Origin: Candidatus Limnocylindrales bacterium
Lineage (GTDB): Bacteria; Chloroflexota; Limnocylindria; Limnocylindrales; CSP1-4
Assembly: GCA_025450915.1 (NCBI GenBank)
Contig: JANWLH010000128.1
Span: forward strand, 1 to 52,054
Reading direction: 5' to 3'
Length of the DNA stretch: 52,054 bases
Part shown: in pieces, positions 8,761 to 18,257 of the stretch
Position numbering within the stretch: the stretch's first letter is position 1
How the letters are laid out: every line of letters starts with the position of its first letter
Program-made: the position numbers and the translations under genes
The notes under the pieces: model-generated
What the model saw: only the letters and a program-made list of their open reading frames with translations
What the model was told of the DNA's origin: nothing
Database searches by the model: none

Positions 8761-10953
8761 ATGAACGGCATGCTGGTCCAGCGACCGGCGCGGGCGATCC
8801 CCTTCACCCGGCGCGACCTGGTTCGACTGCTCATCTCGTCGATCCTGCTGATCGTCGCGCTGACGGCGGTGCTGGCATCGGACATCGTGCCGACCAAGCT
8901 CAGCGTGACCGCCGGCCAGGTGGCCACGGCCGACATCGTCGCGCCTCGAGCGACGACGTTCACGAGCCAGACCCTGACCCAGGAGGCGCGCGACGCGGCG
9001 AGCCAGGCGGTCGCACCGCAATACGACTACACCCCGGCCAAGGGCGACACGGTGGCCCAGGCCGCCACGGTCGAGCTCAACAGCGAGATCGCGCCCGCCG
9101 ACGCGGCGTTCTCAGCGACGCTCACCGAGGCAGCCCGCAAGGCCCTCCTCAAGAACGCGATTCCGGGCCTCTCCGACGAGTCGCAGGCGAACTTGCTGGC
9201 AATGACCCCGGATCGCTGGCCGGCGGTTCGCGACGAAGCCCGCCGCCTCCTGGCCCAGCTCGAGGGGTCCGAGCTCAGGGACACGGACCTCGACAGCACC
9301 CGGGCGAACCTCGCCGGCCTCGTCCTGGGCGGCCTCCAGGCCTCGGAGCGCCAGCTCGTGGCCGAACTCGTCTCGCCCGTGCTGACCGCGAACTCGTCCT
9401 ACAGCGCGGACCTCACCACCGCCGCCCGCGAGCAGGCTGCCGAAGGGGTCGCGCCGGTGACGGTCACCCTCAGCCAGGGTCAGACGATCGTGCGCAAGGG
9501 CGATCCGATCGGTGCCCTCGAGATCGAGGAAGTCCAGGCGTTCGGGCTCACGGATGCCCGCGTCGACGTGGCCCGCCTGGCCGGCTGGGCGCTCCTCGCG
9601 ATCCTGATCGTCGGGCTCGTCCTGGCCTGGATCTGGCGGTTCCGGCCGACGCTCTGGCACCGGACCAACGTCCTCGTCCTGATCGGGATGCTCCTCGTCT
9701 TCACGACCCTCGCCCTGAAGCTGACTGCCGGGCGGTCGGTCCTGCCGTTCTTCGTGCCCACGGCGGCGGCGGGGATCCTGATCGCGATCCTCCTCGACGC
9801 CAGTGCGGCGGTGATCCTCACTGCGGTGATCGCCGTCCTGGGCGGTGCGGTCAACGGCAACTCGCTCGAGATCACCGCCTACATCTTCCTGGGCGGGCTG
9901 GCCGGCATCGTTGCCGTCCGGCGGGGTGACCGGCTCAACGCGTTCGTCCAGGCGGCATTCGCGATCTTCGTCGTCAACGCCCTGGTCGTGTCGACCTTCT
10001 CATTGCTCGGTGAGCGCGACATCACCGGCGTCCTCCAGCTCTACGGCGCCTCGGCCGCGGCCGCCGGGGGATCGGCCATCGCGGCGGTCGGCAGCTTCGC
10101 GGTGATCGGCAACCTGTTCGGGATCCTGACCGTCTTCCAGCTGCTCGAGCTGGCCAATCCGTCGCAGCCGCTCCTCCGCCGCCTGCTGATCGAGACGCCT
10201 GGCACCTACCACCACTCGATCATGGTCGGGAACCTGGCCGAGCGAGCCGCCGAGGCGATCGGCGCCGATCCGCTGATCACCCGCGTCGCCGCTTACTACC
10301 ACGACGTCGGCAAGCTGGCCAATCCGCAGGCGTTCATCGAGAACCAGGCCGGCGGCGACAACGTCCACGACGAGCTCGATCCGGACGTCTCGGCGACGAT
10401 CCTCAAGGAGCACGTCGGCGACGGCATCGAGATCGCCTACCGGGCCCACCTGCCCAAGCCCCTGATCGCGTTCATCCCGCAGCACCACGGCACCGCCCGG
10501 CTGAGCTACTTCTACGCCAAAGCGCGCGACGAGGCCGCCGCGCCGTATGGCGGCCTGGACACGGCAGAGGGCGAGAAGGCGGCCGACGCCATCGACCAGC
10601 GGCTCTACCGCCATAACGGCCCCAAGCCACAGAGCCGCGAGGCCGCCCTGCTGATGCTCGCCGACGGGGTCGAGGCGTCGGTTCGGTCGCTCTCGTCACG
10701 CGACGAGCCGGCGATCCGGGCGATGGTCAACCGGATCATCGGCGAGCGCCTCCAGGACGGCCAGTTCGACGAATGCGACCTGACGCTGCGTGACCTCGAG
10801 CGGATCCGGGAGGCGTTCGTCGCCCAGCTGCTCGGGATGTACCACCAGCGGATCGCCTACCCGCAGTCGAAGATCGTCGAGCTCGAGTCGCGACGGCTCG
10901 CCGCCGGCGGCGGAACGGTCGAGAGCCACGGTCCGTCGAGCGATGGGGCCTGA
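8761..10953 (+). CDS. 7TM-HD (HDIG) phosphohydrolase, PgpH/YqfF-like cyclic dinucleotide phosphodiesterase
   Basis: Extracellular domain plus multiple TM helices, then PGTYHHS, YYHDVGK, QHHGT and MLADGVEA; lies upstream of ybeY as in Firmicutes. Confidence 0.92.
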   Translation: MNGMLVQRPARAIPFTRRDLVRLLISSILLIVALTAVLASDIVPTKLSVTAGQVATADIVAPRATTFTSQTLTQEARDAASQAVAPQYDYTPAKGDTVAQAATVELNSEIAPADAAFSATLTEAARKALLKNAIPGLSDESQANLLAMTPDRWPAVRDEARRLLAQLEGSELRDTDLDSTRANLAGLVLGGLQASERQLVAELVSPVLTANSSYSADLTTAAREQAAEGVAPVTVTLSQGQTIVRKGDPIGALEIEEVQAFGLTDARVDVARLAGWALLAILIVGLVLAWIWRFRPTLWHRTNVLVLIGMLLVFTTLALKLTAGRSVLPFFVPTAAAGILIAILLDASAAVILTAVIAVLGGAVNGNSLEITAYIFLGGLAGIVAVRRGDRLNAFVQAAFAIFVVNALVVSTFSLLGERDITGVLQLYGASAAAAGGSAIAAVGSFAVIGNLFGILTVFQLLELANPSQPLLRRLLIETPGTYHHSIMVGNLAERAAEAIGADPLITRVAAYYHDVGKLANPQAFIENQAGGDNVHDELDPDVSATILKEHVGDGIEIAYRAHLPKPLIAFIPQHHGTARLSYFYAKARDEAAAPYGGLDTAEGEKAADAIDQRLYRHNGPKPQSREAALLMLADGVEASVRSLSSRDEPAIRAMVNRIIGERLQDGQFDECDLTLRDLERIREAFVAQLLGMYHQRIAYPQSKIVELESRRLAAGGGTVESHGPSSDGA

Positions 10954-11518
10954 GTCGGTCTCAGCCTCGCGGTCGATCTACCTCCGCCCATGGCGGATCG
11001 ACATCACCACGCGGCCGGGCGTGCCGACCCTCGTGCCGTTCACCCGCCTGGCTCGGACGATCGGGGCCGCGCTCGAATCCGCGGACGCCCCACACCCGGC
11101 CTCGATCGGGCTGATTCTCGCCGATGACTCCGAGCTGGCAAGCCTGAACGTGGCCCATCTGGGCAAGGACGGAGCAACCGACGTGCTGTCCTTCCCGCTG
11201 CTGCCGGCCAATGCGTATCCGGCCCATCCCGGAGCGTCGCACCCCGGGAACCTGGCCGGCCCCGACGCCATTCCGTTTGCCCTGCCGCCCGGGCGACGCC
11301 CGCACCTCGGGGACATCGTGGTCTCGGTCGAACGAGCGACCGAGCAGGCCGAGGCCGGCCGCGGCGGCCAGACGGGCGATGTCCGCTGGTCGCCGGCCGA
11401 CGAGCTGCGCCTCCTCGTCAGCCACGGCACGCTCCACATCTGTGGCTGGGATCACGCCGAACCCGAGGAGGAGGCCGCGATGCGCGCCCTCGAGCAGCAC
11501 CTCCTCGTCGGGGGCTGA
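10943..11518 (+). CDS. ybeY: rRNA maturation RNase YbeY
   Basis: TDVLSFP, LGDIVVS and HGTLHICGWDH (HxxxHxxxxDH). Start uncertain. Confidence 0.92.
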   Translation: MGPESVSASRSIYLRPWRIDITTRPGVPTLVPFTRLARTIGAALESADAPHPASIGLILADDSELASLNVAHLGKDGATDVLSFPLLPANAYPAHPGASHPGNLAGPDAIPFALPPGRRPHLGDIVVSVERATEQAEAGRGGQTGDVRWSPADELRLLVSHGTLHICGWDHAEPEEEAAMRALEQHLLVGG

Positions 11519-11665
11519 TTCTCGGTGCGCCGGGCGGGCCCGCCCTCAGCCACTCGCTCGCGACGCTGATACCATCGTCCAGGGCCCGCCGCGGACGGTT
11601 TGGGTCCTGTCAGCGTGCACGCGCAACGGCGCGGAGCGCGCCCTTTGGCATGTCGCGGAGCGTTC

Positions 11666-12364
11666 GTGAAGATCGTCGTCGGCCTGGGAAACCCGGGCAG
11701 CCAGTACGCGAAAACCCGTCATAACGCCGGTTGGATGGTCCTCGACAAGATCGCCGATCGAGCCGGCTGGTCGGGTCGCGGCCGGACCCGCGACGCAAGC
11801 TCGGTGGTCCAGGGCCGGTTCCGCGGCCTCGACCTGATCCTCGTCAAGCCGCTCACGTTCATGAACGATTCGGGCCTGGCCGTGCGCAAGGTGCTGGCTC
11901 GCGAGCACGCCCCGCTCGTCGACCTGCTCGTGGTCGCCGACGACTTCGCCCTGCCGTTCGGCAAGCTGCGCTTCCGCGAGGGTGGCAGCGGCGGCGGACA
12001 CAACGGCCTCGGCTCGATCATCGACGAGCTCAGCAACGAGGGCTTCAGCCGGCTGCGAATCGGGATCGGCGATCCCGAGCATCGCGCCATCGACCACGTC
12101 CTGTCCGCGTTCACGCCCGACGAGCAGGCCCGGATGGACGAGCTCCTCGAGGCCGCCGCCGACGGCGTCGAGGCGTGGGCCCGCGACGGGACCTCGAAGG
12201 CCGCCAACCGGTTCAACAGCTTCCTGCTCCGACCGGCCGATGCCGAGCGGCAGGCGGCGCCCGGCGAGATCGACGGGCCACCCGGCGTCGACGGTGTCCG
12301 CCGGACGAAGACCGGCTGGCGCAAGCCGCGACCGATCGATCCCAACGGCGAGTCCGGCGAATGA
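11666..12364 (+). CDS. pth: Peptidyl-tRNA hydrolase
   Basis: IVVGLGNPG, TRHNAG, KPLTFMNDSG, GGHNGL and RLRIGIG motifs. Confidence 0.96.
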   Translation: MKIVVGLGNPGSQYAKTRHNAGWMVLDKIADRAGWSGRGRTRDASSVVQGRFRGLDLILVKPLTFMNDSGLAVRKVLAREHAPLVDLLVVADDFALPFGKLRFREGGSGGGHNGLGSIIDELSNEGFSRLRIGIGDPEHRAIDHVLSAFTPDEQARMDELLEAAADGVEAWARDGTSKAANRFNSFLLRPADAERQAAPGEIDGPPGVDGVRRTKTGWRKPRPIDPNGESGE

Positions 12365-12377
12365 ACGAGCCTCGCGA

Positions 12378-15300
12378 ATGAACGAGCGCCCGCCGTTTCG
12401 TGGCAAGCGCGGGGCCGAGCGCCGCCTCGTCGAGCGCATCTCGACCGAATACGCCGAACGCAAGACCCGCACCGAGGCGACGGCGGTCGACTTCGACGTG
12501 GCGGCGGTCGATTCCGAGGTCGGCGACCTTCGCAGGGCAGAGGCCGCCGAGGCCGCCCGGACGGCCGCGGCCCGGGTCGCCGCGACGAAGGCGGCGGCGT
12601 CGCGCTCGGCACGGCGGATTCCGGACCTCTCCGTCCTGCCGCCGCTCCTCGTCGGAACGGGGTCGTTCGCCTCGCTCCAGGAGCGGATCGGTTCGGCGAC
12701 CGCGGCCGTCCCGGTTGGCGGCCGGCACGCCGGCCTCACGACGATTCCCCACGGCGCGAAGAGCTTCCTCGGGGCAGCGCTCGCGGCGACGGGTGAGCGG
12801 CTCGTCTGGATCGCCCGCGACTCGGAGATCGGCGACCGGCTGGCCGAGGAGCTCGCGGCCTGGCTGGGCGACCCCGAGTCAGTGGTCGTCCTGGAGCCGA
12901 GGACCGCCCTCGCCTATGAGCGCAGCGAGCTCGTGCCCGACGAGACGGCGGCCCGGGTCGCAGCCCTGGCTGCCTGGCGGAGCGGCGCGGCCCGGGTCAT
13001 GGTCGCCAGCGTCCAGGCGCTCCTCCAGCACACGCTGAATCCGGCCGACCTGCCGGCCGAGCCGCGCCACCTCAAGCCCGGCGATCGGCTCGTCCTGGAC
13101 CGGTTCCTGCTCGAGTTGCTGGGCCTCGGCTACCAGCCGGTCATCGAGGTTGCCGGCCGGGGCGAGTTCGCTCGCCGGGGCGGGATCGTCGACGTCTTCC
13201 CGCCGGGCTCGGCGTTGCCGGTGCGCATCGAGCTCTTCGGTGACGAAGTCGATTCGCTGCGCAGCTTCGATCCGACCGACCAGCGGACGACCGAGCGGAT
13301 CAGCTCGGTGAACCTCCTGCCGGCGACCGAGTTCCTGGTCCCGACCGGCGGGATCGACGAGATCCGCGCCGGCCTCGGACGCGCCGCGAACCGGCTTCCC
13401 GAGCGGCTCCAGGCAGATCTCGCGCGATTCGAGGGCGCCCGGTCGGAAGGGGCCCAGGCAGCTCCCGGCCCGGCCGGGGCGAGTGGCACCGGTCGGGCGC
13501 TCCACGCCGGTGATGCCGCCGAGATCTGGGCCGGGATCATCTGCCCGGCGAACGGCTTCGACCATGTCCCACTCGAGACGCTGCTGGTCCTCGATGAGCC
13601 TGCCGACCTGGCCGAGGCGGCCCAGTTCCTGTGGCGGCAGGCGGATGAACGGCGGGCGGAGCTCGTCGAGGGCGGCGAGCTACCCAAGGACTGGCCGGTC
13701 ACGTACCTCGGGCCGCGGGACTGGAAGAGCCGGCTGGTGCGCTCGCGGACCCTCGAGCTGACCTGGGAATCGGAGGGCGTCCTCGCCCCGGGCACCGCGA
13801 TGGCGGCACGCGGGCTCTCGTCCGGCGACCTGTTCGGCTGGCGGGAGCCGGTCGTTCCTTCTGCCCGCACCGGGCGGCTCGCCGAGGCGCTCGACGCGTG
13901 GCGCTCGGAGGGCGCCCGGATCGTCCTCGCGTCGGACCAGGCACCGCGCCTCGCGGAGCTCCTCGCCGAGGCCGGCCAGCCGACCGGGGTCACGAGCCGG
14001 CTCACCGTCGCGCCGCCGCCCGGGGCGGTCGCCCTGATCGAGCGGAGCCTGAACGGTGGCTTCACCGGCGGCCCGGACGGCCTGGTGGTGATCACCGACC
14101 GGGAGCTGTTCGGCTCGGTCCGCGTCCGCCGCCCGAAGGCCCTCCGGCGAGTCGTGCCACGGGACATCCTCGAACGGCTCAAGACCGGCGACCTCGTCGT
14201 CCACATCGACCACGGCGTCGCCCGCTACGAGCAGATGCTCCGGCGCGGAGGCTCGGGCGAGGAGCGCGACTACCTCGAGCTGAGCTTCGCCGGCGGCGAT
14301 CGGATCTACGTCCCGGTCGAGCAGATCGCCCGGGTCAGCCGCTACTCGGGCGGCGAGCATCCCACGCTCAGCCGGCTGGGCGGCACCGACTGGCTGCGGA
14401 CGAAGCAGCGGGTCAAGAAGGCCGTCGACGATCTCGCCGAGGAGCTCCTCGAGCTGTACGCGACACGAGCCGGCGCCGAGGGCCACTCGTTCGCCGCGGA
14501 CACGCCCTGGCAGGGCGAGATGGAGGCGAGCTTCCCGTACGAGGAGACGGTCGACCAGCTCCGGGCGATTGCCGAGACGAAGGCCGACATGGAATCACGC
14601 CGGCCGATGGATCGGCTCGTGGTCGGAGACGTTGGCTACGGCAAGACCGAGGTCGCGATCCGGGCGGCGTTCAAGGCGATCCAGGACGGCCGGCAGGTCG
14701 CCGTCCTCGTGCCCACGACCGTCCTCGCCGCCCAGCACGACACGACGTTCTCGCAGCGCTTCGCCGCCTTCCCGATCACGGTCCGCCTGCTGAGCCGGTT
14801 CGTGCCGGCCAGGGAGCAGGCCGAGACGATCGAGGGTCTCGCGAGCGGCGCGGTCGACCTCGTCATCGGCACCCACCGGCTGCTCTCGCGGGACGTCAAG
14901 TTCCGCGACCTCGGCCTCGTGGTCGTCGACGAGGAGCAACGGTTCGGTGTCGCCGCGAAGGAGCGCCTGAAGCGCCTCCGCCGCGAGGTGGACGTCCTCA
15001 CCCTGTCGGCGACGCCGATCCCGCGGACGCTCAACCTGGCCCTGGCCGGGGTTCGCGACCTGAGCGTCATCGAGACCCCGCCCGAGGATCGCCTGCCGAT
15101 CCAGACCCGGGTCGCCGCGGCGACCGCCGGCCTGGTCCGCGACGCGATCGAACGGGAGCTCGACCGCGGCGGCCAGGTCTTCTACGTCCACAACCGGGTC
15201 GAGACGATCGAGGCCCAGGCCCAACAGCTGCGGGGCATGCTGCCCGACGCCCGGATCGTCGTCGGCCACGGCCAGATGCCCGAAGGCAGCCTCGAGCAGG

Positions 15301-16232
15301 TCATGATCACGTTCGCGGGCGGGGCGGCGGATGTCCTCGTGTGCACCACGATCATCGAATCGGGCCTGGACATCCCGAACGCCAACACGATCATCATCGA
15401 CCGCGCCGACACCCTCGGCCTTGCCCAGCTCTACCAGCTCCGTGGCCGGGTCGGGCGCTCGAGCCGCCGCGCGTTCGCCTACCTCCTGTACCGCCGCCGC
15501 GAGCGCCTCTCCGACGAGGCCCGCAAGCGACTCCAGGCGATCTTCAATGCCTCGGAGCTTGGGGCGGGCTTCCAGATCGCCCTCTCCGACCTGGAGATCC
15601 GGGGCGCCGGCAACATCCTGGGCGGCGAGCAGTCCGGCCACATGGCGGCCGTGGGCTTCGACCTTTACAGTCGCCTGCTGGCCGATGCGGTCGAGGAGGT
15701 CAAGGCGCGTCGCGAACGGCGTGAGCCGAACCTGGCCCCGACCCAGGCGGTCCTCGACCTGCCGATCGACGCCCACCTGCCGGACGACTACGTCTCCGAC
15801 GAGGCCCAGAAGCTGGAGCTCTACCGGCGCCTCGCCCGAGCCCGCAACACCGAGGACCTCGATGCCTTCCGCCGGGAGGCGGCCGACCGCTTCGGCCCGC
15901 TGCCGCCGCCGGTCGAGCGGCTCGTCGAGGTCGCCGGGCTGCGCCTGGCGGCCGAGGCGGCCGGGATCGCCTCGATCTCGCGTGAGGAGGGCCAGCTCGT
16001 CGTCCGCTTCGGGGCCCTGAGCCGGGCCACGGCGATGCGCCTCCTGGCGCCGCTGGGCGGCGGTCCGCGGGCGGTCGGTCTGGGCCTGCCCGGCGTCCGT
16101 CCCGGCGACGTCACGTTCGCGAGCAACCAGGTCCGGATCCGGCTGCCGCGCGATCCGCGAGCGGGCTGGCTGCTGACCCAGGCGGTGGTGGCTCGCCTCT
16201 CGGAGGCCGAGCCGGAGCCGGCCAATGCCTGA
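12378..16232 (+). CDS. mfd: Transcription-repair coupling factor
   Basis: UvrB-like module (GEFARRGGIVDVF), RID (GDLVVHIDHGV), GDVGYGKT, DEEQRFG, QLRGRVGRS and TRCF C-domain; follows pth. Confidence 0.96.
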   Translation: MNERPPFRGKRGAERRLVERISTEYAERKTRTEATAVDFDVAAVDSEVGDLRRAEAAEAARTAAARVAATKAAASRSARRIPDLSVLPPLLVGTGSFASLQERIGSATAAVPVGGRHAGLTTIPHGAKSFLGAALAATGERLVWIARDSEIGDRLAEELAAWLGDPESVVVLEPRTALAYERSELVPDETAARVAALAAWRSGAARVMVASVQALLQHTLNPADLPAEPRHLKPGDRLVLDRFLLELLGLGYQPVIEVAGRGEFARRGGIVDVFPPGSALPVRIELFGDEVDSLRSFDPTDQRTTERISSVNLLPATEFLVPTGGIDEIRAGLGRAANRLPERLQADLARFEGARSEGAQAAPGPAGASGTGRALHAGDAAEIWAGIICPANGFDHVPLETLLVLDEPADLAEAAQFLWRQADERRAELVEGGELPKDWPVTYLGPRDWKSRLVRSRTLELTWESEGVLAPGTAMAARGLSSGDLFGWREPVVPSARTGRLAEALDAWRSEGARIVLASDQAPRLAELLAEAGQPTGVTSRLTVAPPPGAVALIERSLNGGFTGGPDGLVVITDRELFGSVRVRRPKALRRVVPRDILERLKTGDLVVHIDHGVARYEQMLRRGGSGEERDYLELSFAGGDRIYVPVEQIARVSRYSGGEHPTLSRLGGTDWLRTKQRVKKAVDDLAEELLELYATRAGAEGHSFAADTPWQGEMEASFPYEETVDQLRAIAETKADMESRRPMDRLVVGDVGYGKTEVAIRAAFKAIQDGRQVAVLVPTTVLAAQHDTTFSQRFAAFPITVRLLSRFVPAREQAETIEGLASGAVDLVIGTHRLLSRDVKFRDLGLVVVDEEQRFGVAAKERLKRLRREVDVLTLSATPIPRTLNLALAGVRDLSVIETPPEDRLPIQTRVAAATAGLVRDAIERELDRGGQVFYVHNRVETIEAQAQQLRGMLPDARIVVGHGQMPEGSLEQVMITFAGGAADVLVCTTIIESGLDIPNANTIIIDRADTLGLAQLYQLRGRVGRSSRRAFAYLLYRRRERLSDEARKRLQAIFNASELGAGFQIALSDLEIRGAGNILGGEQSGHMAAVGFDLYSRLLADAVEEVKARRERREPNLAPTQAVLDLPIDAHLPDDYVSDEAQKLELYRRLARARNTEDLDAFRREAADRFGPLPPPVERLVEVAGLRLAAEAAGIASISREEGQLVVRFGALSRATAMRLLAPLGGGPRAVGLGLPGVRPGDVTFASNQVRIRLPRDPRAGWLLTQAVVARLSEAEPEPANA

Positions 16233-17658
16233 CGGTGCCGTCGAGGCGCTCGACAGCGGCAGGCCGACCGCCCACGTCGGGCTGTTCGAGCCGGGACGCC
16301 GGAGCCTGACCCTCGGGCTCGTCCTGACGGTCACCCTCGTCGCCTTCGAATCGCTGGCCGTCGCCACGGCGATGCCGATCGTCGCCCGCGAGCTCGGCGG
16401 GATCGAGCTCTACGGCTGGGTCTTCAGCCTCTTCTTCCTCGGCGACCTCGTCGGCATCGTCTCGATGGGCCTGCTGATCGACCGCGGCGGGTTGATCCGG
16501 CCGTTCGCCCTCGGCCTCGGGCTCTTCGCGATCGGCCTGCTGATCGGCGGGACGGCCCCGTCGATGGCCGTCCTGATCGGCGGCCGGCTGCTCCAGGGAT
16601 TCGGTGCCGGAGGGATCGCGCCGGTGGCCTACGTCGCGATCGCCCGGGCCTTGCCGGCGGATCTCCGGCCGCGGATGCTGGCGGTGCTCTCGACGGCGTG
16701 GGTCGTGCCGGGCGTGATCGGCCCGGCGCTCAGCGGCGTGATCGCCGAGCACCTCAGCTGGCGCGTCGTCTTCCTGGGCCTCCTGCCGCTCGTCGCGATT
16801 GCCGCCGTGCTCACCATCCCGGCGCTCTCGCGGGTGGCTCCGGCACCGGCGACGGAGGCTCCGACGAGTGCCAGTGAACGGCGGCGCCTGGTCGGGGCAA
16901 TCGTCCTGGCCGTCGGGGCGGGCCTCCTCCTCGTCGGGTTGACAAACGCGACGCTGTTCCCCGGCCTCGTCCTCGCGCTGATCGGCGTCGTGATCGGCCT
17001 GCCGGCCTACCGGGCGCTGACGCCGGCCGGGACGCTCTCCGCCCGGCGGGGCCTGCCGGCCGCGACGCTGATCCGCGGCCTGCTGACGTTCGCCTTCTTC
17101 AGCGTCGACGCGTACGTTCCCCTCCTGCTGATCGGCTGGCGGGGGATCGACGCGAGCACCGCGGGGATCGCCCTGACGGTCGCCACCCTGACCTGGACCG
17201 GTGCCGCCTGGGTCCAGGCCCGCTACGTCGTCCGCCTCGGGGCCGGACGGTTCGTCACGGCGGGCTTCTGCGTCGTCCTCGTCGCGGTGGGCATCCTCGC
17301 GCTCGTGCTCTCGCCGGCCGTCCCGATCGTCGTCGCCTCCGTCGCCTGGGGAATCGCCGGGATCGGCATGGGCCTGGGCTACGCGCCGCTGACCCTGATC
17401 GTGCTGGCCGAGGCGCCGCCCGACGGCCAGGGCATGGCGACCGCGGCGCTCCAGCTCAGCGACGTGCTGGGGACGGCCCTCGGCACGGGGACGGGCGGGG
17501 CGGCGATCGCCTTCGCCGCCGGGGCCGGCCAGCCCGCCTGGGTCGGCTTGGCGGGCGCGTTCGCGATCGGCACGGCGGTCGGGTTCGTGGGCCTGGGACT
17601 GACCGGACGGCTGCGCAGCGCGAGCGTCCCCATTCGCACGGCGCTGGAGGCGCGGTAG
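16225..17658 (+). CDS. MFS transporter (DHA2-like)
   Basis: About 14 hydrophobic segments; AMPIVARELGG and GRLLQGFGAG motifs. Confidence 0.88.
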   Translation: MPDGAVEALDSGRPTAHVGLFEPGRRSLTLGLVLTVTLVAFESLAVATAMPIVARELGGIELYGWVFSLFFLGDLVGIVSMGLLIDRGGLIRPFALGLGLFAIGLLIGGTAPSMAVLIGGRLLQGFGAGGIAPVAYVAIARALPADLRPRMLAVLSTAWVVPGVIGPALSGVIAEHLSWRVVFLGLLPLVAIAAVLTIPALSRVAPAPATEAPTSASERRRLVGAIVLAVGAGLLLVGLTNATLFPGLVLALIGVVIGLPAYRALTPAGTLSARRGLPAATLIRGLLTFAFFSVDAYVPLLLIGWRGIDASTAGIALTVATLTWTGAAWVQARYVVRLGAGRFVTAGFCVVLVAVGILALVLSPAVPIVVASVAWGIAGIGMGLGYAPLTLIVLAEAPPDGQGMATAALQLSDVLGTALGTGTGGAAIAFAAGAGQPAWVGLAGAFAIGTAVGFVGLGLTGRLRSASVPIRTALEAR

Positions 17659-17724
17659 ACTGCAACGGCCGCAGTCGGTCCCGCTGCGAGGAAGCCAGCC
17701 ACCTCATCGGAGGCCCCAGCCGAT

Positions 17725-18246
17725 ATGTCCGCCGAGGAACTCCGCGCAAAGATTCGCGAGATCCCCGACTTTCCCAAGCCCGGCATCCTGTTCTACGACA
17801 TCACCACGCTGCTCAAGGATCCGGTCGCGTACAAGGAATCGATCGACCTGATGCTCGCGCCGTGGCGCGATGACAAGGTCGACCTCGTCGTGGGCATGGA
17901 GTCGCGCGGCTTCATCTTCAGCGCCCCGATGGCCTACCTCCTCGACGCGGGCCTGGTGCCCGTGCGCAAGCTGGGCAAGCTGCCGGCCGAGACGATCACG
18001 GTCGAGTACGCGCTGGAGTACGGCTCGAACACCCTCGAGATCCACCGCGACGCGATCCAGCCGGGCCAGCGGGTCCTGGTCGTCGACGACCTGCTCGCGA
18101 CGGGCGGCACCGTGCGTGGCACGATCGACCTGGTCGAGCGGCTCCAGGGCGAAGTGGTCGGCCTGGGCTTCCTCGTCGAGCTCGAGTTCCTCAAGGGCCG
18201 CGACCGGCTCCAGGGCCTGCGGGTCGAGAGCGTCGTTCGCTACTGA
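17725..18246 (+). CDS. apt: Adenine phosphoribosyltransferase
   Basis: IPDFPKPGILFYDITTLL, ESRGF, YALEYG and VDDLLATGGT. Confidence 0.97.
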   Translation: MSAEELRAKIREIPDFPKPGILFYDITTLLKDPVAYKESIDLMLAPWRDDKVDLVVGMESRGFIFSAPMAYLLDAGLVPVRKLGKLPAETITVEYALEYGSNTLEIHRDAIQPGQRVLVVDDLLATGGTVRGTIDLVERLQGEVVGLGFLVELEFLKGRDRLQGLRVESVVRY

Positions 18247-18257
18247 GCCAGAGTACG

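Noticed and set aside
11615-11622. Isolated CGTGCACG upstream of pth as another palindrome element
   Set aside because: No matching inverted arms were found at the expected distance, which would fall inside pth; an 8-mer can occur by chance.
17656-17724. Possible SAH/SAM riboswitch upstream of apt-mtnA-ahcY
   Set aside because: Only a short GACTGC/GCAGTC stem is present; the SAH and SAM-I core motifs could not be matched.
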